From the IMG/VR virus record IMGVR_UViG_3300012920_000023, positions 32,001-96,000 of that record: a stretch of 64,000 nucleotides of DNA. One strand, written 5' to 3'. The position numbers were made by a program, and so were the translations under genes. Numbering within the stretch: the stretch's first letter is position 1; the number at the start of each line of letters is the position of its first letter. The notes below the pieces were generated by a model. The model worked only from the letters and a program-made list of their open reading frames with translations. It had not been told where the DNA came from and did no database searches. The stretch comes from a virus. Shown here one piece after another: positions 35,616 to 46,353 of the stretch.

Positions 35616-37790
35616 GTGGAAATGAGCACCGAATATTTAGAAGACAAACAACCGTTAAATCAAGTCCAATACTCGGCAAAAGATTACTCAAGTTATTTTG
35701 ATTCTATACTCACTCGCCTGCGAGAAGAGTATGGGGAGGATTATAACGACTTTGCCTCGTCTAGTGTAGGAGTCATGTTTGTCAACCTTATGGCCTATGC
35801 TATGGGGCAGTTAAGTTGGTACTTAGACCGCCGGTCTAGCGAGTCATATTTAGCAACAGCAAGGACACTTGATTCGGTCACTAGATTGGCCTCTCAGATA
35901 GGATACAAGCCTAAACGTGCTAGTGCGTCAAGTGTGGATCTAACGATTACCTTTCCGGCCTTAATCGCAGACACCGTCATGTCTAGCGGATTCAATTTCT
36001 CCGGGCCGGGCGGTACAAACTTCCAACTAATGAATGATGTGCTTTTATCGGTAGGACAGACGACTGCCGTGATCACGGTGTCTGAGGGTGAGCAAAAGAC
36101 ACAGAGTTTCACTTCCGACGGAGAGCCGGCACAACAGTTTATCCTGCCGGGAGTGTTGGATGGGGAATACGTTGCCGATCAATCTGTCAGAGTTTTTGTC
36201 AACGGTTTAGAGTGGACTGAGAAAGACTTCTTAACATACGACAAGACAAACCACTTTAGTGTCTCTTATACTACAGATCCCCCGGTTGTTCTTTTTGGCG
36301 ATGGGAGTGCCGGGAACATTCCCAATCGAGGGGCTGACATTAGAATAGATTATCGGATTATACACGCCGAAGAGGGGAATGTTAGATCAAACACAATAAC
36401 CTCAACAAGTGACACTCTCGTTGTGGCAGGTGATGTGGTCGATCTTCTCACTATAACTAATCTTGAGCCTGCCTCCGGTGGGAGTGGCCCTCAAAGTATT
36501 ACTGAAATCAAGCGTGTAGCACCTATGGCTTTTCAAGCCGGTGGGAGTGCAGTCACTCAACAGGACTATTATGCTTTGGTGAACTCGTTTTCAGATCCTC
36601 TTTATGGCTCTGTCGCTAAAGGTTTTGCCGGTGTAACTCGACAAACATCTGCCGATGAGTTTACTCGATCTCGATTGCAGGCTATTTCTAATGCTTTTGT
36701 AAATATCTTTGATAGGTCAGTGCTCCTAAACACGGAGACAAGAGCACTTGTGGAAGATATCCGGAGTTTAAGCAGTAACTCTGCGACGATTGCAGTTGAT
36801 ACTATCCTCGCAGACAATCTTAACTCGATCATAAGTCCGGCACTCACCAATATCGAAAACCTGTCTGTGCAGGCTAGAAATGAGAGCATACAGGTTCAAT
36901 CAAGGTCACAACGTATAGTCGAGTTAGGGAATGACATACAGAACCTTGAAATAGAGTTGATCGGGGTTGCTGATCTCAATCCCGGCCTCCCTTTACCGCC
37001 TAACTCTACGTTTAACAGTCTCCAAGAAATTGTGACTGCGATCTCTAACCTCCGCAACGAGATTCAACTAATAAGCCAAAACATAGAGACCTCGGCTCAA
37101 ACAATACAGCCCATAAACGGCAGTGAGATACCGACTCAAGTTAATGCAATCAAAGATAGCGTCTCAATAGTCGGAACATCACTGCTTTTAGTTAGGGATA
37201 ATAGCACCGGGGTCGTTAATAACGTAAATGAGATACTGTTGGACTTGACTGAAAACGCCAACTTGGTGGTTGTTAACAAGGATACAGGAGACACTTCTTT
37301 AGTCGAATTGTCTAATCATCTTGATCAACTTTTCGATGATTCTTGTAAAGCGAATGTGGTCACCGTACCGATACTCGTTGAGGGTCGAGAGGGCTTTTAT
37401 CAAGCCCCAAGTCGAGGTCTGATAAGGGCATTGCAGACATATCTTGATGAGGTAAAAGAGGTAACTCATCTAGTCCGGGTTGTGGACGGCTCAACGGCAC
37501 TTGTTCCGGCCAATGTGAACTTAAAGGTAGAGTTTAACACATCTTTTGTTAAGTCTGAGGTTAGAGCCGAGATAGAGTCCGGCATAGATACTCTCTTAAG
37601 ACGGAGGGACTTTTCGATTCCGCTTTACCTATCTGATCTCTATAATGTTGTCGAGTTGGTTGATGGAGTAGATCATGTTAATATACTGATCGACAGCCCT
37701 ATTGAACGTATCGATAACGACGGAAACCTTATTGTAGGCGAGTTAGAGGTCGTTACTAAGGGCACAATAACTATAGAGGAGGTCGTATGA
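35616..37790 (+). CDS. Baseplate wedge protein (T4 gp6 / P2 gpJ-like) with helical insertion
   Basis: KDYSS...NDF..SS.G..F..LMAY, YLATA, IGYKP, FGDG.AG.IP, ASGG....I.EIK, AVT.QDY. Confidence 0.92.
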   Translation: MEMSTEYLEDKQPLNQVQYSAKDYSSYFDSILTRLREEYGEDYNDFASSSVGVMFVNLMAYAMGQLSWYLDRRSSESYLATARTLDSVTRLASQIGYKPKRASASSVDLTITFPALIADTVMSSGFNFSGPGGTNFQLMNDVLLSVGQTTAVITVSEGEQKTQSFTSDGEPAQQFILPGVLDGEYVADQSVRVFVNGLEWTEKDFLTYDKTNHFSVSYTTDPPVVLFGDGSAGNIPNRGADIRIDYRIIHAEEGNVRSNTITSTSDTLVVAGDVVDLLTITNLEPASGGSGPQSITEIKRVAPMAFQAGGSAVTQQDYYALVNSFSDPLYGSVAKGFAGVTRQTSADEFTRSRLQAISNAFVNIFDRSVLLNTETRALVEDIRSLSSNSATIAVDTILADNLNSIISPALTNIENLSVQARNESIQVQSRSQRIVELGNDIQNLEIELIGVADLNPGLPLPPNSTFNSLQEIVTAISNLRNEIQLISQNIETSAQTIQPINGSEIPTQVNAIKDSVSIVGTSLLLVRDNSTGVVNNVNEILLDLTENANLVVVNKDTGDTSLVELSNHLDQLFDDSCKANVVTVPILVEGREGFYQAPSRGLIRALQTYLDEVKEVTHLVRVVDGSTALVPANVNLKVEFNTSFVKSEVRAEIESGIDTLLRRRDFSIPLYLSDLYNVVELVDGVDHVNILIDSPIERIDNDGNLIVGELEVVTKGTITIEEVV

Positions 37791-39154
37791 CTCAAGAGAC
37801 TAGACGCATAAAGATTCCCTATCCATCAGATGGCCAAGACCCCTATTATCCGGCGTTTGAAGCAATGGTGCAAACCATAGATGCATCCGTCTTTGGGTCA
37901 GTAAGCAATCGCAACACGATATTTTTTGGTGGCGGTCGGATCACATGGGTGGGAGGTGTCCTGTCTTTTAGTGAAAACATAGTCTTTGTAGAGCCCACTT
38001 TTGGGCAGAGACAGATTCTCTCTGCTCAAGCAGACATCTTTGTCCCAAAAGGACACTTTGTTTATGTTGAACTTAGTAGAGGCAACACTCAAGAGGTTAG
38101 TCTATTTGCAAAGGTGGGGTCTAGTATACCGGTAAACTCTAATGCATTCGTTCTTTCTTGGAGAAATCCTACAACGGGAGTTCTGTATTGGAAAACCGGG
38201 GCAAAGCAGGTAGACGGACAGGAGATTACCAATATCGGAGAGGTGTCGAGTGGGTCAAACTCTTCGTATATTTTAGCGGAAGCAGATCAGAGCCTGCCTA
38301 ACTCAAGGGTTTTGACTGAGGGAACAACCGGAACAGTGCTCGTTACCGACCAAGGTGCTTTAGGGGGGCTAAATATAGACTTAGCAACAGTTCCCGGTGT
38401 CGCAGGTCAGTACAGTTTGGCTTCACTTACGATTAATGAATACGGTCAAATAACGAGTGCCCAAACCTATGATCCACAGGTTCTGAATGAGAGAGCCATA
38501 GATGTGACAGTGGAGGCAGGTAGCGGTTATTTCAAAGTAATCCAAAATACCACCGGTATTAGATTGGGTGGCCCTTTTGAGGACGGTCAGATTGAAGTTG
38601 AAACGCCCGATCCCGACGATAGTTCTATAACACACCGGTTCATTGGGCAGACTTGGGTATCACTCCCGGTGATGACACAGAAACCCATGAACTTAGCAAT
38701 GGTCTACCCTTTCCGTATTCCAAGTGATGCTAAAGACCTGTCTATGTCTACACATAGTGCAAGGTTCCGACACTATATTAAGGTCTCCGGGGAACAGTCG
38801 CTCACTGTGGTTAAATATACCATTCGTATAGGCTCTAATACTTATACACACAATCGAGCCGTAGGAGTGACAGATGTTGTCCAAGATATACCTTTGACAG
38901 CATTCAACTCTCTGCCGATAGAGGATCATCAAGGTCTGTCTGCGTTCTGTGAGGTTTCGGCTTCTAACACTTTAAACGCCGGTGCTAATTTTGAAGTCAT
39001 TTTCGGGCCTCTGTATCTGACGTTCAAGAATACAGAACCAACCGAAACGACCGGTCAGTTTCAGTTTGTTAGTGCTCAATCTAGTAATCAAAACGTGATA
39101 GAGTCCGGCACAGAGTTATCTCCTAGTGTTTTCTCATCCGCAAACTCTAACTAG
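37787..39154 (+). CDS. Baseplate / fibre-associated structural protein
   Basis: GV.GQY....LTINEYGQITSA fibre motif; baseplate operon. Confidence 0.6.
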   Translation: MTQETRRIKIPYPSDGQDPYYPAFEAMVQTIDASVFGSVSNRNTIFFGGGRITWVGGVLSFSENIVFVEPTFGQRQILSAQADIFVPKGHFVYVELSRGNTQEVSLFAKVGSSIPVNSNAFVLSWRNPTTGVLYWKTGAKQVDGQEITNIGEVSSGSNSSYILAEADQSLPNSRVLTEGTTGTVLVTDQGALGGLNIDLATVPGVAGQYSLASLTINEYGQITSAQTYDPQVLNERAIDVTVEAGSGYFKVIQNTTGIRLGGPFEDGQIEVETPDPDDSSITHRFIGQTWVSLPVMTQKPMNLAMVYPFRIPSDAKDLSMSTHSARFRHYIKVSGEQSLTVVKYTIRIGSNTYTHNRAVGVTDVVQDIPLTAFNSLPIEDHQGLSAFCEVSASNTLNAGANFEVIFGPLYLTFKNTEPTETTGQFQFVSAQSSNQNVIESGTELSPSVFSSANSN

Positions 39155-39165
39155 AGGGAGACCTT

Positions 39166-41316
39166 ATGCCTATCTTTGGATCGAGAGATGCTTTTGGCCG
39201 TAGCAGATTTGGTCAAGCAAATTACGGTGAGTTGGTATTGTACAATCTTCTGCCAAGGATTCATCGTGCCTTAGACGAGGATAGGGGCTTTCCGGTCAAG
39301 AGGTTGTTTAGATCTTTTCAAGAAGAGATGGAAGAACTAAGGCGAGAGATTGACTTACTGCCTTTTCAACGTGACCCATATCTAGCAAATGGACTTGATT
39401 ATCCGTCGATTTTGATCATTACCAATGCTGTTGATGATAACGGAAATGTTCAAGTTAGATTTGATGTAGAACATCGGATTGTGTCTGTCGATCAAATTGA
39501 CATATTAGGTACACAGGCCAATGTGATGGACGGGCGTTTTGAGATTGAAGCAGTTATTGATGATTTTACCCTTACTTTAAAGAGAGAGAGCAACTTTAAC
39601 CTCGCCGACGTTTTGACCGCTAAAGCGGTGCGTGTTACATCAAACTGCTGTCTCGTTGAAATACTAGATGTCACTCCATACACTGAACCTTGGGGAGACT
39701 TAAAGCGACCTTTAGTTAAGTTGACGCTTTCTAATCCCTCAAATGTAGAACTAGGATTGGGCTTTACTGCTGTGATTGAAGCAGATGAGCCTGTTCCCCC
39801 CCCGGAGAACGCATTCCTTGAGCCGGACAGGGCAATCTATAAGGTTGTCTATGTAAGAAAGCGAGAAAAGGCTTTAGGGTACGATATTGAAGTAATCTGT
39901 GATGGAGGGGTGCGTCTTGAGGATTTGACCGGAGACCTCCCCGAGAGGATTATTACTCTTTTTAAAAGGCCATCATCGCTCGCTCTTTTAGCGAATGATT
40001 ACGGGTTGGTTAGTGATGATAACCTGCCCGATATTTTCCAAAGGACTGAGATTGCGAATGTCTTTCAGTTCTTAAAACTCAAGTCTTCTAAAAAAGCGTA
40101 TGAAGCCCGAAGTGCCGGTGGTGGTTTCAACGTAACAGTAACGCAATTGTATCGAGTGTGTGATGAAAGACTCGATGACATACCCGATCACAATCTTTTT
40201 GTTGGAACAACCGGAGCCGGCAATACTGCATATTACACAGACATTACTATAGTTAGACCTCGTTATGATGAGTTAAGTGCGGACGTTGTTCTGCCGTCCG
40301 GACGAGCGATAACTGACATTGTTCTGTTCTCAATTCCGGAAACAACTGCATTAAGTCAAGAGGTCTCAGACTTTTTCGACTGTCTGTTTAATGTACTTAT
40401 AGAGTCAATAACACTCCTTGATGATCCTGCGGATTTTGAACCACTTGGTTATACCACTCCGGTTTACGAGATTGGTGTGAACGTCAATGGTTGGCCTAAT
40501 GAGGGTTGGCAGGTTGCGGATCTAAGCGGAGGGGCGTTCTCTCTCAAAGATGGCGACGAAGAGTATATTATTGATGGCTCCGATGACAATGATCGAATGA
40601 ACCGACCTCAAGTGTTTCTGCGTATACAGGTGGAGAACATCAACTTTGAGGTGGGTGATACTCTGTGTGTGGCTTATAGGCCAACAGCAGATGATTTTGA
40701 CTGCTGTCCATGTCCTAGTGCAGAGATCATGATAACCATTGAAGCCCTGCCGGCATTCATCAATCGAAGCGGTTACTCCGGGGTTGCTCTGTCCGATGCG
40801 GTTAAAAGAATCTTAACTCGGCTTAAACGAGAGCAAGTTCCTATTCATGTTCATACTGCAATCGAAAGGCTTGTTATCAATATCGATGTAGAGGTTCCAA
40901 GATTCGACGTAGAAGATGTCGTCGTGGGTGTAGAGATAGAGCCTATTGTTGTCGATTTTGAGCCGGAGAACAACAGACTGTTTGATTGCCGTTATGATGA
41001 CATCCCTGCCGATGAGATAATTTTAGATGAGTGTGCTTACGTCCTCTCTTATCCGGGAGTAGAGGTTGACATTTCAGAGGGGGCTCCACCTCAATCCGGA
41101 GAGGTGATAGATATCGTCTTGCCTGCCTTGGACGCACCTACTATCACTGTGCAAGTTCTTGAGTTTGTGCAAAGAGACATTGTCGTCGATGGTTCATCCT
41201 ACTATGATGACATTCCTGCCGATGATGAAATCGTAGATAATAGGCGTTCAACCATGATTCCGGAAGTCAGTGTGGAGGTTACCACAACTCTTGTAAGTGG
41301 TGGACAAATACCCTAA
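39166..41316 (+). CDS. Baseplate wedge protein (gp7 / P2 gpI-like), large
   Basis: LYNLLPRIHRALD and L.LLA.DYG...FQR.EI.....KLK tail-I-like motifs; follows the J-like gene. Confidence 0.65.
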   Translation: MPIFGSRDAFGRSRFGQANYGELVLYNLLPRIHRALDEDRGFPVKRLFRSFQEEMEELRREIDLLPFQRDPYLANGLDYPSILIITNAVDDNGNVQVRFDVEHRIVSVDQIDILGTQANVMDGRFEIEAVIDDFTLTLKRESNFNLADVLTAKAVRVTSNCCLVEILDVTPYTEPWGDLKRPLVKLTLSNPSNVELGLGFTAVIEADEPVPPPENAFLEPDRAIYKVVYVRKREKALGYDIEVICDGGVRLEDLTGDLPERIITLFKRPSSLALLANDYGLVSDDNLPDIFQRTEIANVFQFLKLKSSKKAYEARSAGGGFNVTVTQLYRVCDERLDDIPDHNLFVGTTGAGNTAYYTDITIVRPRYDELSADVVLPSGRAITDIVLFSIPETTALSQEVSDFFDCLFNVLIESITLLDDPADFEPLGYTTPVYEIGVNVNGWPNEGWQVADLSGGAFSLKDGDEEYIIDGSDDNDRMNRPQVFLRIQVENINFEVGDTLCVAYRPTADDFDCCPCPSAEIMITIEALPAFINRSGYSGVALSDAVKRILTRLKREQVPIHVHTAIERLVINIDVEVPRFDVEDVVVGVEIEPIVVDFEPENNRLFDCRYDDIPADEIILDECAYVLSYPGVEVDISEGAPPQSGEVIDIVLPALDAPTITVQVLEFVQRDIVVDGSSYYDDIPADDEIVDNRRSTMIPEVSVEVTTTLVSGGQIP

Positions 41317-41345
41317 AATCAGCAATAAAATAAGGAGAAACGATT

Positions 41346-41855
41346 ATGCCTGCAACCGGTGTATATACAGATGTTTATAGAGAAAAATTAGCACAGTTAA
41401 GTGCCGACGCCTTGGCCGATCAAACTAAACTTGACATGCCGATACTCTTCTTCAAAGTCGGAGAGGGGGGGTTTGAAACACAACCTAACGGACAGCAGAC
41501 ACCCAAAGTGCCCGATCCTAGTCGTACTGACTTAGAGGCTCCGTCAGAGATGGGTTCAAATGATCCCCGTAACCCTTTAGGTGGATTTTTTGTAAAACAA
41601 CTGACACCGCAACAGGTTTCAATCCAAGGTCGGGACGTAACAATTTCATGTGTTTTGAGTGCCAACGAGGCTAATCTAGACGGATCAAGTAAACTTCTCG
41701 GTAACGTCCAAGGGACTCCGAAACTTTTTGAAGTCGGAATTTTTGACGGTAACCCGGTCACGAGAGAGGCGACCATGCTTGCGTACTGCACGTTTGATGA
41801 GGTCGTTAAGATCCCCGATATTCAAGTCACTATAAATATAACGATCAAATATTAA
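41346..41855 (+). CDS. Baseplate / tail-collar fibre attachment protein
   Basis: T..YREKLAQ...FKVGEGG...EVGIFD....LAY.TF pattern. Confidence 0.65.
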   Translation: MPATGVYTDVYREKLAQLSADALADQTKLDMPILFFKVGEGGFETQPNGQQTPKVPDPSRTDLEAPSEMGSNDPRNPLGGFFVKQLTPQQVSIQGRDVTISCVLSANEANLDGSSKLLGNVQGTPKLFEVGIFDGNPVTREATMLAYCTFDEVVKIPDIQVTINITIKY

Positions 41856-41866
41856 GGAGGGTTTCA

Positions 41867-44800
41867 ATGCCTACTCAACTCCCAATAAGTGTGGATGAAA
41901 TCACGATTAAATGGAGACAACCTTATGTCTCAGAAGCCCTAAACCGTAAAGCCAAAGCGGATGATGGCGGTATCATTAGAGGGTATGAACTTAAGATCAA
42001 TCCGGACGTTAATGCACCGAATACTGTCATTTTAGATGTTGATGCACAGACCGGTGACTCGGCAATGAACATCATTAATTCGACAGATCCGGAGTATGCT
42101 GTTGCTTGGGTGAGGGATACTGCATTAGTGCTTGCAGTTCCGAATGTGGCCGGTTACCAACACCTGTTCGCTAACCACGGATATACTGAGGGTTCGGACA
42201 CAGTTCCTACTTTAACTTGGTATAGTAACGCAGAGATTACAGTCATTGATCCCCCCCCGGGCATGTATATCGGATCAGTAAACATTCAAATTGGAAATGT
42301 AAAAACTTTTTACTCGATTACCGGTTCGCTCTCCTTTAAGCGATCAACACCTAGTGCTTTCCGGGGAGCCAAGGGACGTGTCGACACTTATTACGACGAG
42401 AATACACTCCTTTACACTGATTTTAGTGACCGCAGATTTGTTCCAATAGACGACAATCCTACGGTATTAAACCGAGTATCGGCCTCGATTGTTTCAAGAG
42501 AAATGTTAGCAGGCAATAACATTACTACCATCTCTCCTTTAACTAACATTCAGACTATCTATCCCGAGACAAACCGCAGTGTTCTGCTTTTTTGGAGAAC
42601 AGATGCCGACGTCACAAATCGACCGGCTGTAGGCAACCACGAAAAGCGGTTCATACTTCCTTATTTCGTACCTTGTGTGTCTCAATGGGATTCGGATGCC
42701 GATCAGAGGATTCTTAGATTCGCAGTAAGGATTGCCGGCTTTAGGAATAGAAACCAACGTCCTGCCAATCAGTCTGAGACAGACAAATGGCGGTTAGCGG
42801 TTAATCTTACGCTCGGGAATGTGCCTTTAGTTACCGGCCCGAACATTGTTCCCGGGCAGACTGTCACTACAGACACATTCCTATCTCATGAGCAGGTGAA
42901 TAACTACACGCTTTCTTCTGACGAAATTGACTTTGAGCCTTTAAACAGCACGACGGATGGCTTTAAGGATTGGGGTTGGCAGACAGGTCAAGTCTACCTC
43001 CCAAATAAAGACTCTCAAAACAACCCTATATCTATTCTAGGGTTCAGTGTTTCTATCATTATCCCGGATATGCGTAACGACGAGTTCTTGGCAATTGATC
43101 GCTTAGTTGTAGAGGGTGAAAATATTGCCTTAGTGGATGCTTTTGACTCGGCTCATCACTTAGGAGGCATGGAGCGTTATGGTTCAATCAGTGCTAGTGA
43201 GATTACTCGTTCAACTGAGTTGACTCCAAGCGTGAGGGCACTAAACCTAGTTCCGTCGAATTGTTGGGGACTAAAGGTTAATGGCAACACGCAGTTCCTC
43301 TCTGAGAGAATCAAGCACAATGTAAATATCGGTCTACCTTTGAGAGATAGAGATCACATTGGTCGATTAGAGGGCTATGCGGACGACACTGTATTCTACG
43401 ACTCCGAGGGCAGTGCACCTATTCAGTTTAAGGAGATCAGAAACCTCTTTAAACAGTCTAACGTGAATATCTATGCTCCCGGTCAATACGAAACACGGAG
43501 TTTGATCTCGGCTTTAACGGCAACTAATGCTTTAGTCCCGGACTCTCTTAAGGCTCCTTTTAGAGCAGGCTTGACCATTCACAACGGAAATCTGTTTGCC
43601 CTTAAAAGCACTTCTAACCTTAGCACTGAATATGAGTCTCAAAATGGCTCACCCTCTAATCTAACAGGTTACCTTGTAGCAGAGGGTGGTATCCTAGCAG
43701 ATGCTCAGTATATTGAGCGTGGTACTTATGACTTTGACACCGGAGTCGCTACACCTGCTCCAAGACTTGAAGTAAAGTCGCTAATGAGTGATAACTTTCA
43801 ATCTCAGATTTCAAACGTATTCGCTTATCTTGCTCGCCATGACACGGTAGGTTATTTTGACGGTACGTTTAGAGATGGAGAGGGCATACTACTTTTCAAA
43901 TCGGAACCACTAACTAGCGGACTCTTAAACTTTTATGTGGATGGTCTTAGGTCTGATGGGGCTACTCAGACAGGCGTGTCTAATCAGTTGTCGTTCTTTA
44001 GATATAACAACATGGTTACTCTTATAGGTGCACCTTTTCAAGCCGACACCGGGCTTGACGAAAACGGGAGTCCGGCTATCGACTTTCCCCTCATTGGGAT
44101 AAGAGTCAATACTCAAAAACAAGTTATCGCTAGTGTGCCAATTGAGAGTTTAACTGCTCAACTTGATCAACATCTTGCTGTAAACAACGGTTTTACCATT
44201 GATTCTAGTGTGAGACACACTGTTAACTTTAGACGGGCGTTAGGCAGTTTATTAAATGGTGCCGATATTGACATACCCGAGACAGGAAATGTTGCTGACG
44301 ATGAGGGGGGTGATTTGACGACCGGCGGTGTTCGACCACGGCTTTATTATGGATTAGAGGGAATCGGCCCTTTCGGTTTCTCGGTTGATCCCGTCTCCGG
44401 GCTACAGAGTTTTGGAAACACGACGAAAGTTTATCGATTCCAAGATGATTCTCTGTCGGGTCAAGCGGACGGTTCTGATGTTCGCAATAAAGTCACGATT
44501 GTAAACACCGTACTGCCCCAAAACTATGGAGACATGACAGTTGAGCCTATGACTGAGAGTAAAATCTCTTATCAAAATCCACTTAGTAATCTTGTTGGCA
44601 GTGCGGATGATCCCGGTCGATATAAGATAACGAAGTTCCTTGGCAGGTTGTATGATAGCCAACTAATAATCCCTGCTAGTGGAGAACTACTAGGGGTTAT
44701 CGGTAATGATAACGATCTTTTTGGTGGCGAGATTTCCGCAACCTTGGATCACCTCCTTTACATGTTTCAACCTCTTGATAAAAATGGTGATGTTGCAGTA

Positions 44801-45493
44801 CATATACAAAACAGGACTGCTGTTGGCTTCCGTTTCCAACAATATTTCCTCGATGCAAATGACTCTAACTATCCATTCACCGGCCTTTCTAATGCAACCA
44901 AGACAAGAGACACTTTGTTTGAAAGAAACTTTGTGCGAGATGTGTTTTTGAAATTGCAGTTATCTGTCCTGCCCAAAGGTAGACTGAGTACCGGAGGGTT
45001 TACCGGTAATCCGAACTCTTTTGAGGCAACGTATGGAGCAATTTGTACAAAGACTTATTTAGTCAATATGTATCAGTATGTTGCGTCGGTGTTCGGCTTG
45101 ATTGACGGTACAAGTACATTTAATTGGCCACAGCAGAATGGTAGTGATCTGAGCGACCTAGGCTTTAGTGCCTATATACGTCAACGACTGATTAGTGGCA
45201 TTCCTTGGGAGTTGGACGTGGACAACCCTCTTTCTACGGATTGGCTTTCTCTTACAAACACGCCACTGAACAATGGTGAAGCAACGGATCGAACCATCGG
45301 TCAAATACAAACTCAGTTGGAAGCCCTTTCATTCAGTCCGAACATTCTTGATCCTTACGAGTATGATCATATATTTAGCATTAGCACTCTATACAGGAGT
45401 TCTTACGGATCTATAAATCGAGAATCTCACCCTATAAATCTGTCTCCCGCATATCGTGAGATATTCTGCCAATACGAAAACAGTTCACTTTAG
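41867..45493 (+). CDS. Large tail fibre / baseplate-associated protein (1208 aa)
   Basis: WRQPYVSEALNRK...GIIRGY N-terminus typical of fibre proteins after tail-collar genes; beta-rich. Confidence 0.65.
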   Translation: MPTQLPISVDEITIKWRQPYVSEALNRKAKADDGGIIRGYELKINPDVNAPNTVILDVDAQTGDSAMNIINSTDPEYAVAWVRDTALVLAVPNVAGYQHLFANHGYTEGSDTVPTLTWYSNAEITVIDPPPGMYIGSVNIQIGNVKTFYSITGSLSFKRSTPSAFRGAKGRVDTYYDENTLLYTDFSDRRFVPIDDNPTVLNRVSASIVSREMLAGNNITTISPLTNIQTIYPETNRSVLLFWRTDADVTNRPAVGNHEKRFILPYFVPCVSQWDSDADQRILRFAVRIAGFRNRNQRPANQSETDKWRLAVNLTLGNVPLVTGPNIVPGQTVTTDTFLSHEQVNNYTLSSDEIDFEPLNSTTDGFKDWGWQTGQVYLPNKDSQNNPISILGFSVSIIIPDMRNDEFLAIDRLVVEGENIALVDAFDSAHHLGGMERYGSISASEITRSTELTPSVRALNLVPSNCWGLKVNGNTQFLSERIKHNVNIGLPLRDRDHIGRLEGYADDTVFYDSEGSAPIQFKEIRNLFKQSNVNIYAPGQYETRSLISALTATNALVPDSLKAPFRAGLTIHNGNLFALKSTSNLSTEYESQNGSPSNLTGYLVAEGGILADAQYIERGTYDFDTGVATPAPRLEVKSLMSDNFQSQISNVFAYLARHDTVGYFDGTFRDGEGILLFKSEPLTSGLLNFYVDGLRSDGATQTGVSNQLSFFRYNNMVTLIGAPFQADTGLDENGSPAIDFPLIGIRVNTQKQVIASVPIESLTAQLDQHLAVNNGFTIDSSVRHTVNFRRALGSLLNGADIDIPETGNVADDEGGDLTTGGVRPRLYYGLEGIGPFGFSVDPVSGLQSFGNTTKVYRFQDDSLSGQADGSDVRNKVTIVNTVLPQNYGDMTVEPMTESKISYQNPLSNLVGSADDPGRYKITKFLGRLYDSQLIIPASGELLGVIGNDNDLFGGEISATLDHLLYMFQPLDKNGDVAVHIQNRTAVGFRFQQYFLDANDSNYPFTGLSNATKTRDTLFERNFVRDVFLKLQLSVLPKGRLSTGGFTGNPNSFEATYGAICTKTYLVNMYQYVASVFGLIDGTSTFNWPQQNGSDLSDLGFSAYIRQRLISGIPWELDVDNPLSTDWLSLTNTPLNNGEATDRTIGQIQTQLEALSFSPNILDPYEYDHIFSISTLYRSSYGSINRESHPINLSPAYREIFCQYENSSL

Positions 45494-45503
45494 GAGATTG
45501 AAC

Positions 45504-45860
45504 ATGAAAGTATTTAACTCACTCTTAATCTTATTGTTTGTTCTGACATTCACCGGTTGCAACCGTGTGATCATTAGAGATTCCAAGGCATATAAATTGG
45601 AGGCATTGTACTTCTCAAAGACAATTGCTGAGACCAACAAGATTGTTCTTCATCGCTTAAAGACTCAATGTTGTGAGGGTGCTGTGTTTAATAGTGGCGA
45701 CGAGTCATGCTCTAAAGATGGTGAGACGTTCGCAGTCACGCACGCACGTGCACAACATCATTATGATCGCTTGATGTTTCTTGCAGGTTTCACTGAACAA
45801 GACCCGGGGAGTGCCCCCGATTTTGAGATTGACGATATCTTGGTGGGGGTGTGCAAATGA
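45504..45860 (+). CDS. Lipoprotein
   Basis: Start at ATG 45504 behind AGGAG; signal peptide with lipobox FTGC. Confidence 0.7.
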   Translation: MKVFNSLLILLFVLTFTGCNRVIIRDSKAYKLEALYFSKTIAETNKIVLHRLKTQCCEGAVFNSGDESCSKDGETFAVTHARAQHHYDRLMFLAGFTEQDPGSAPDFEIDDILVGVCK

Positions 45861-46237
45861 ATGACGCTATTCTAAGCATGGCTAGTAATCTTGCCGGCAA
45901 GGCTCTTGATGATTTGATTAAGAGTCTTAAAGAAGAGGTCGGTGAGTCTTATGCGGATAAGAATGTGCAGAGAGTTGCTGAAATTGGCTTAAGTCTAGCG
46001 TCTACCATTGGTAAATCGGGGCTTGACATCGTGGAAGCGATGATTGAGGGCCGAAACTATGATGAACGTGTTCTTGCAGATAATCTATCTCTTCGTGAAA
46101 TGTCAGACCTCTTGGACATTCTCCAAAACTTGGAAGCCGATCAAAAGGCTTCGATTAACCGGGTTATCTCAGTCACTAAAGACTCTGCAATTCAAGCGTC
46201 ATCGATTTTGATTAAGGCTGTTCTTTCAGTTTCTTAA
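45857..46237 (+). CDS. Hypothetical helical protein
   Basis: ATGA overlap with the lipoprotein gene. Confidence 0.6.
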   Translation: MNDAILSMASNLAGKALDDLIKSLKEEVGESYADKNVQRVAEIGLSLASTIGKSGLDIVEAMIEGRNYDERVLADNLSLREMSDLLDILQNLEADQKASINRVISVTKDSAIQASSILIKAVLSVS

Positions 46238-46243
46238 GTTTTG

Positions 46244-46272
46244 GACTTGACTCTCAGTCAAATAGATGACAA
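46244..46272 (+). promoter_or_regulatory. Variant promoter GACTTGAC-N15-TGACAA
   Basis: Heads the MazG-ThyX cluster; followed by a 10-bp-stem hairpin at 46297..46333. Confidence 0.55.
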
Positions 46273-46353
46273 AAGATATTCTCATACTGATAAACCTCAA
46301 GGAGAGGTAAACATTTAACAGGACTCTCCTTGAACAAAAAATAAGGGGATTAC

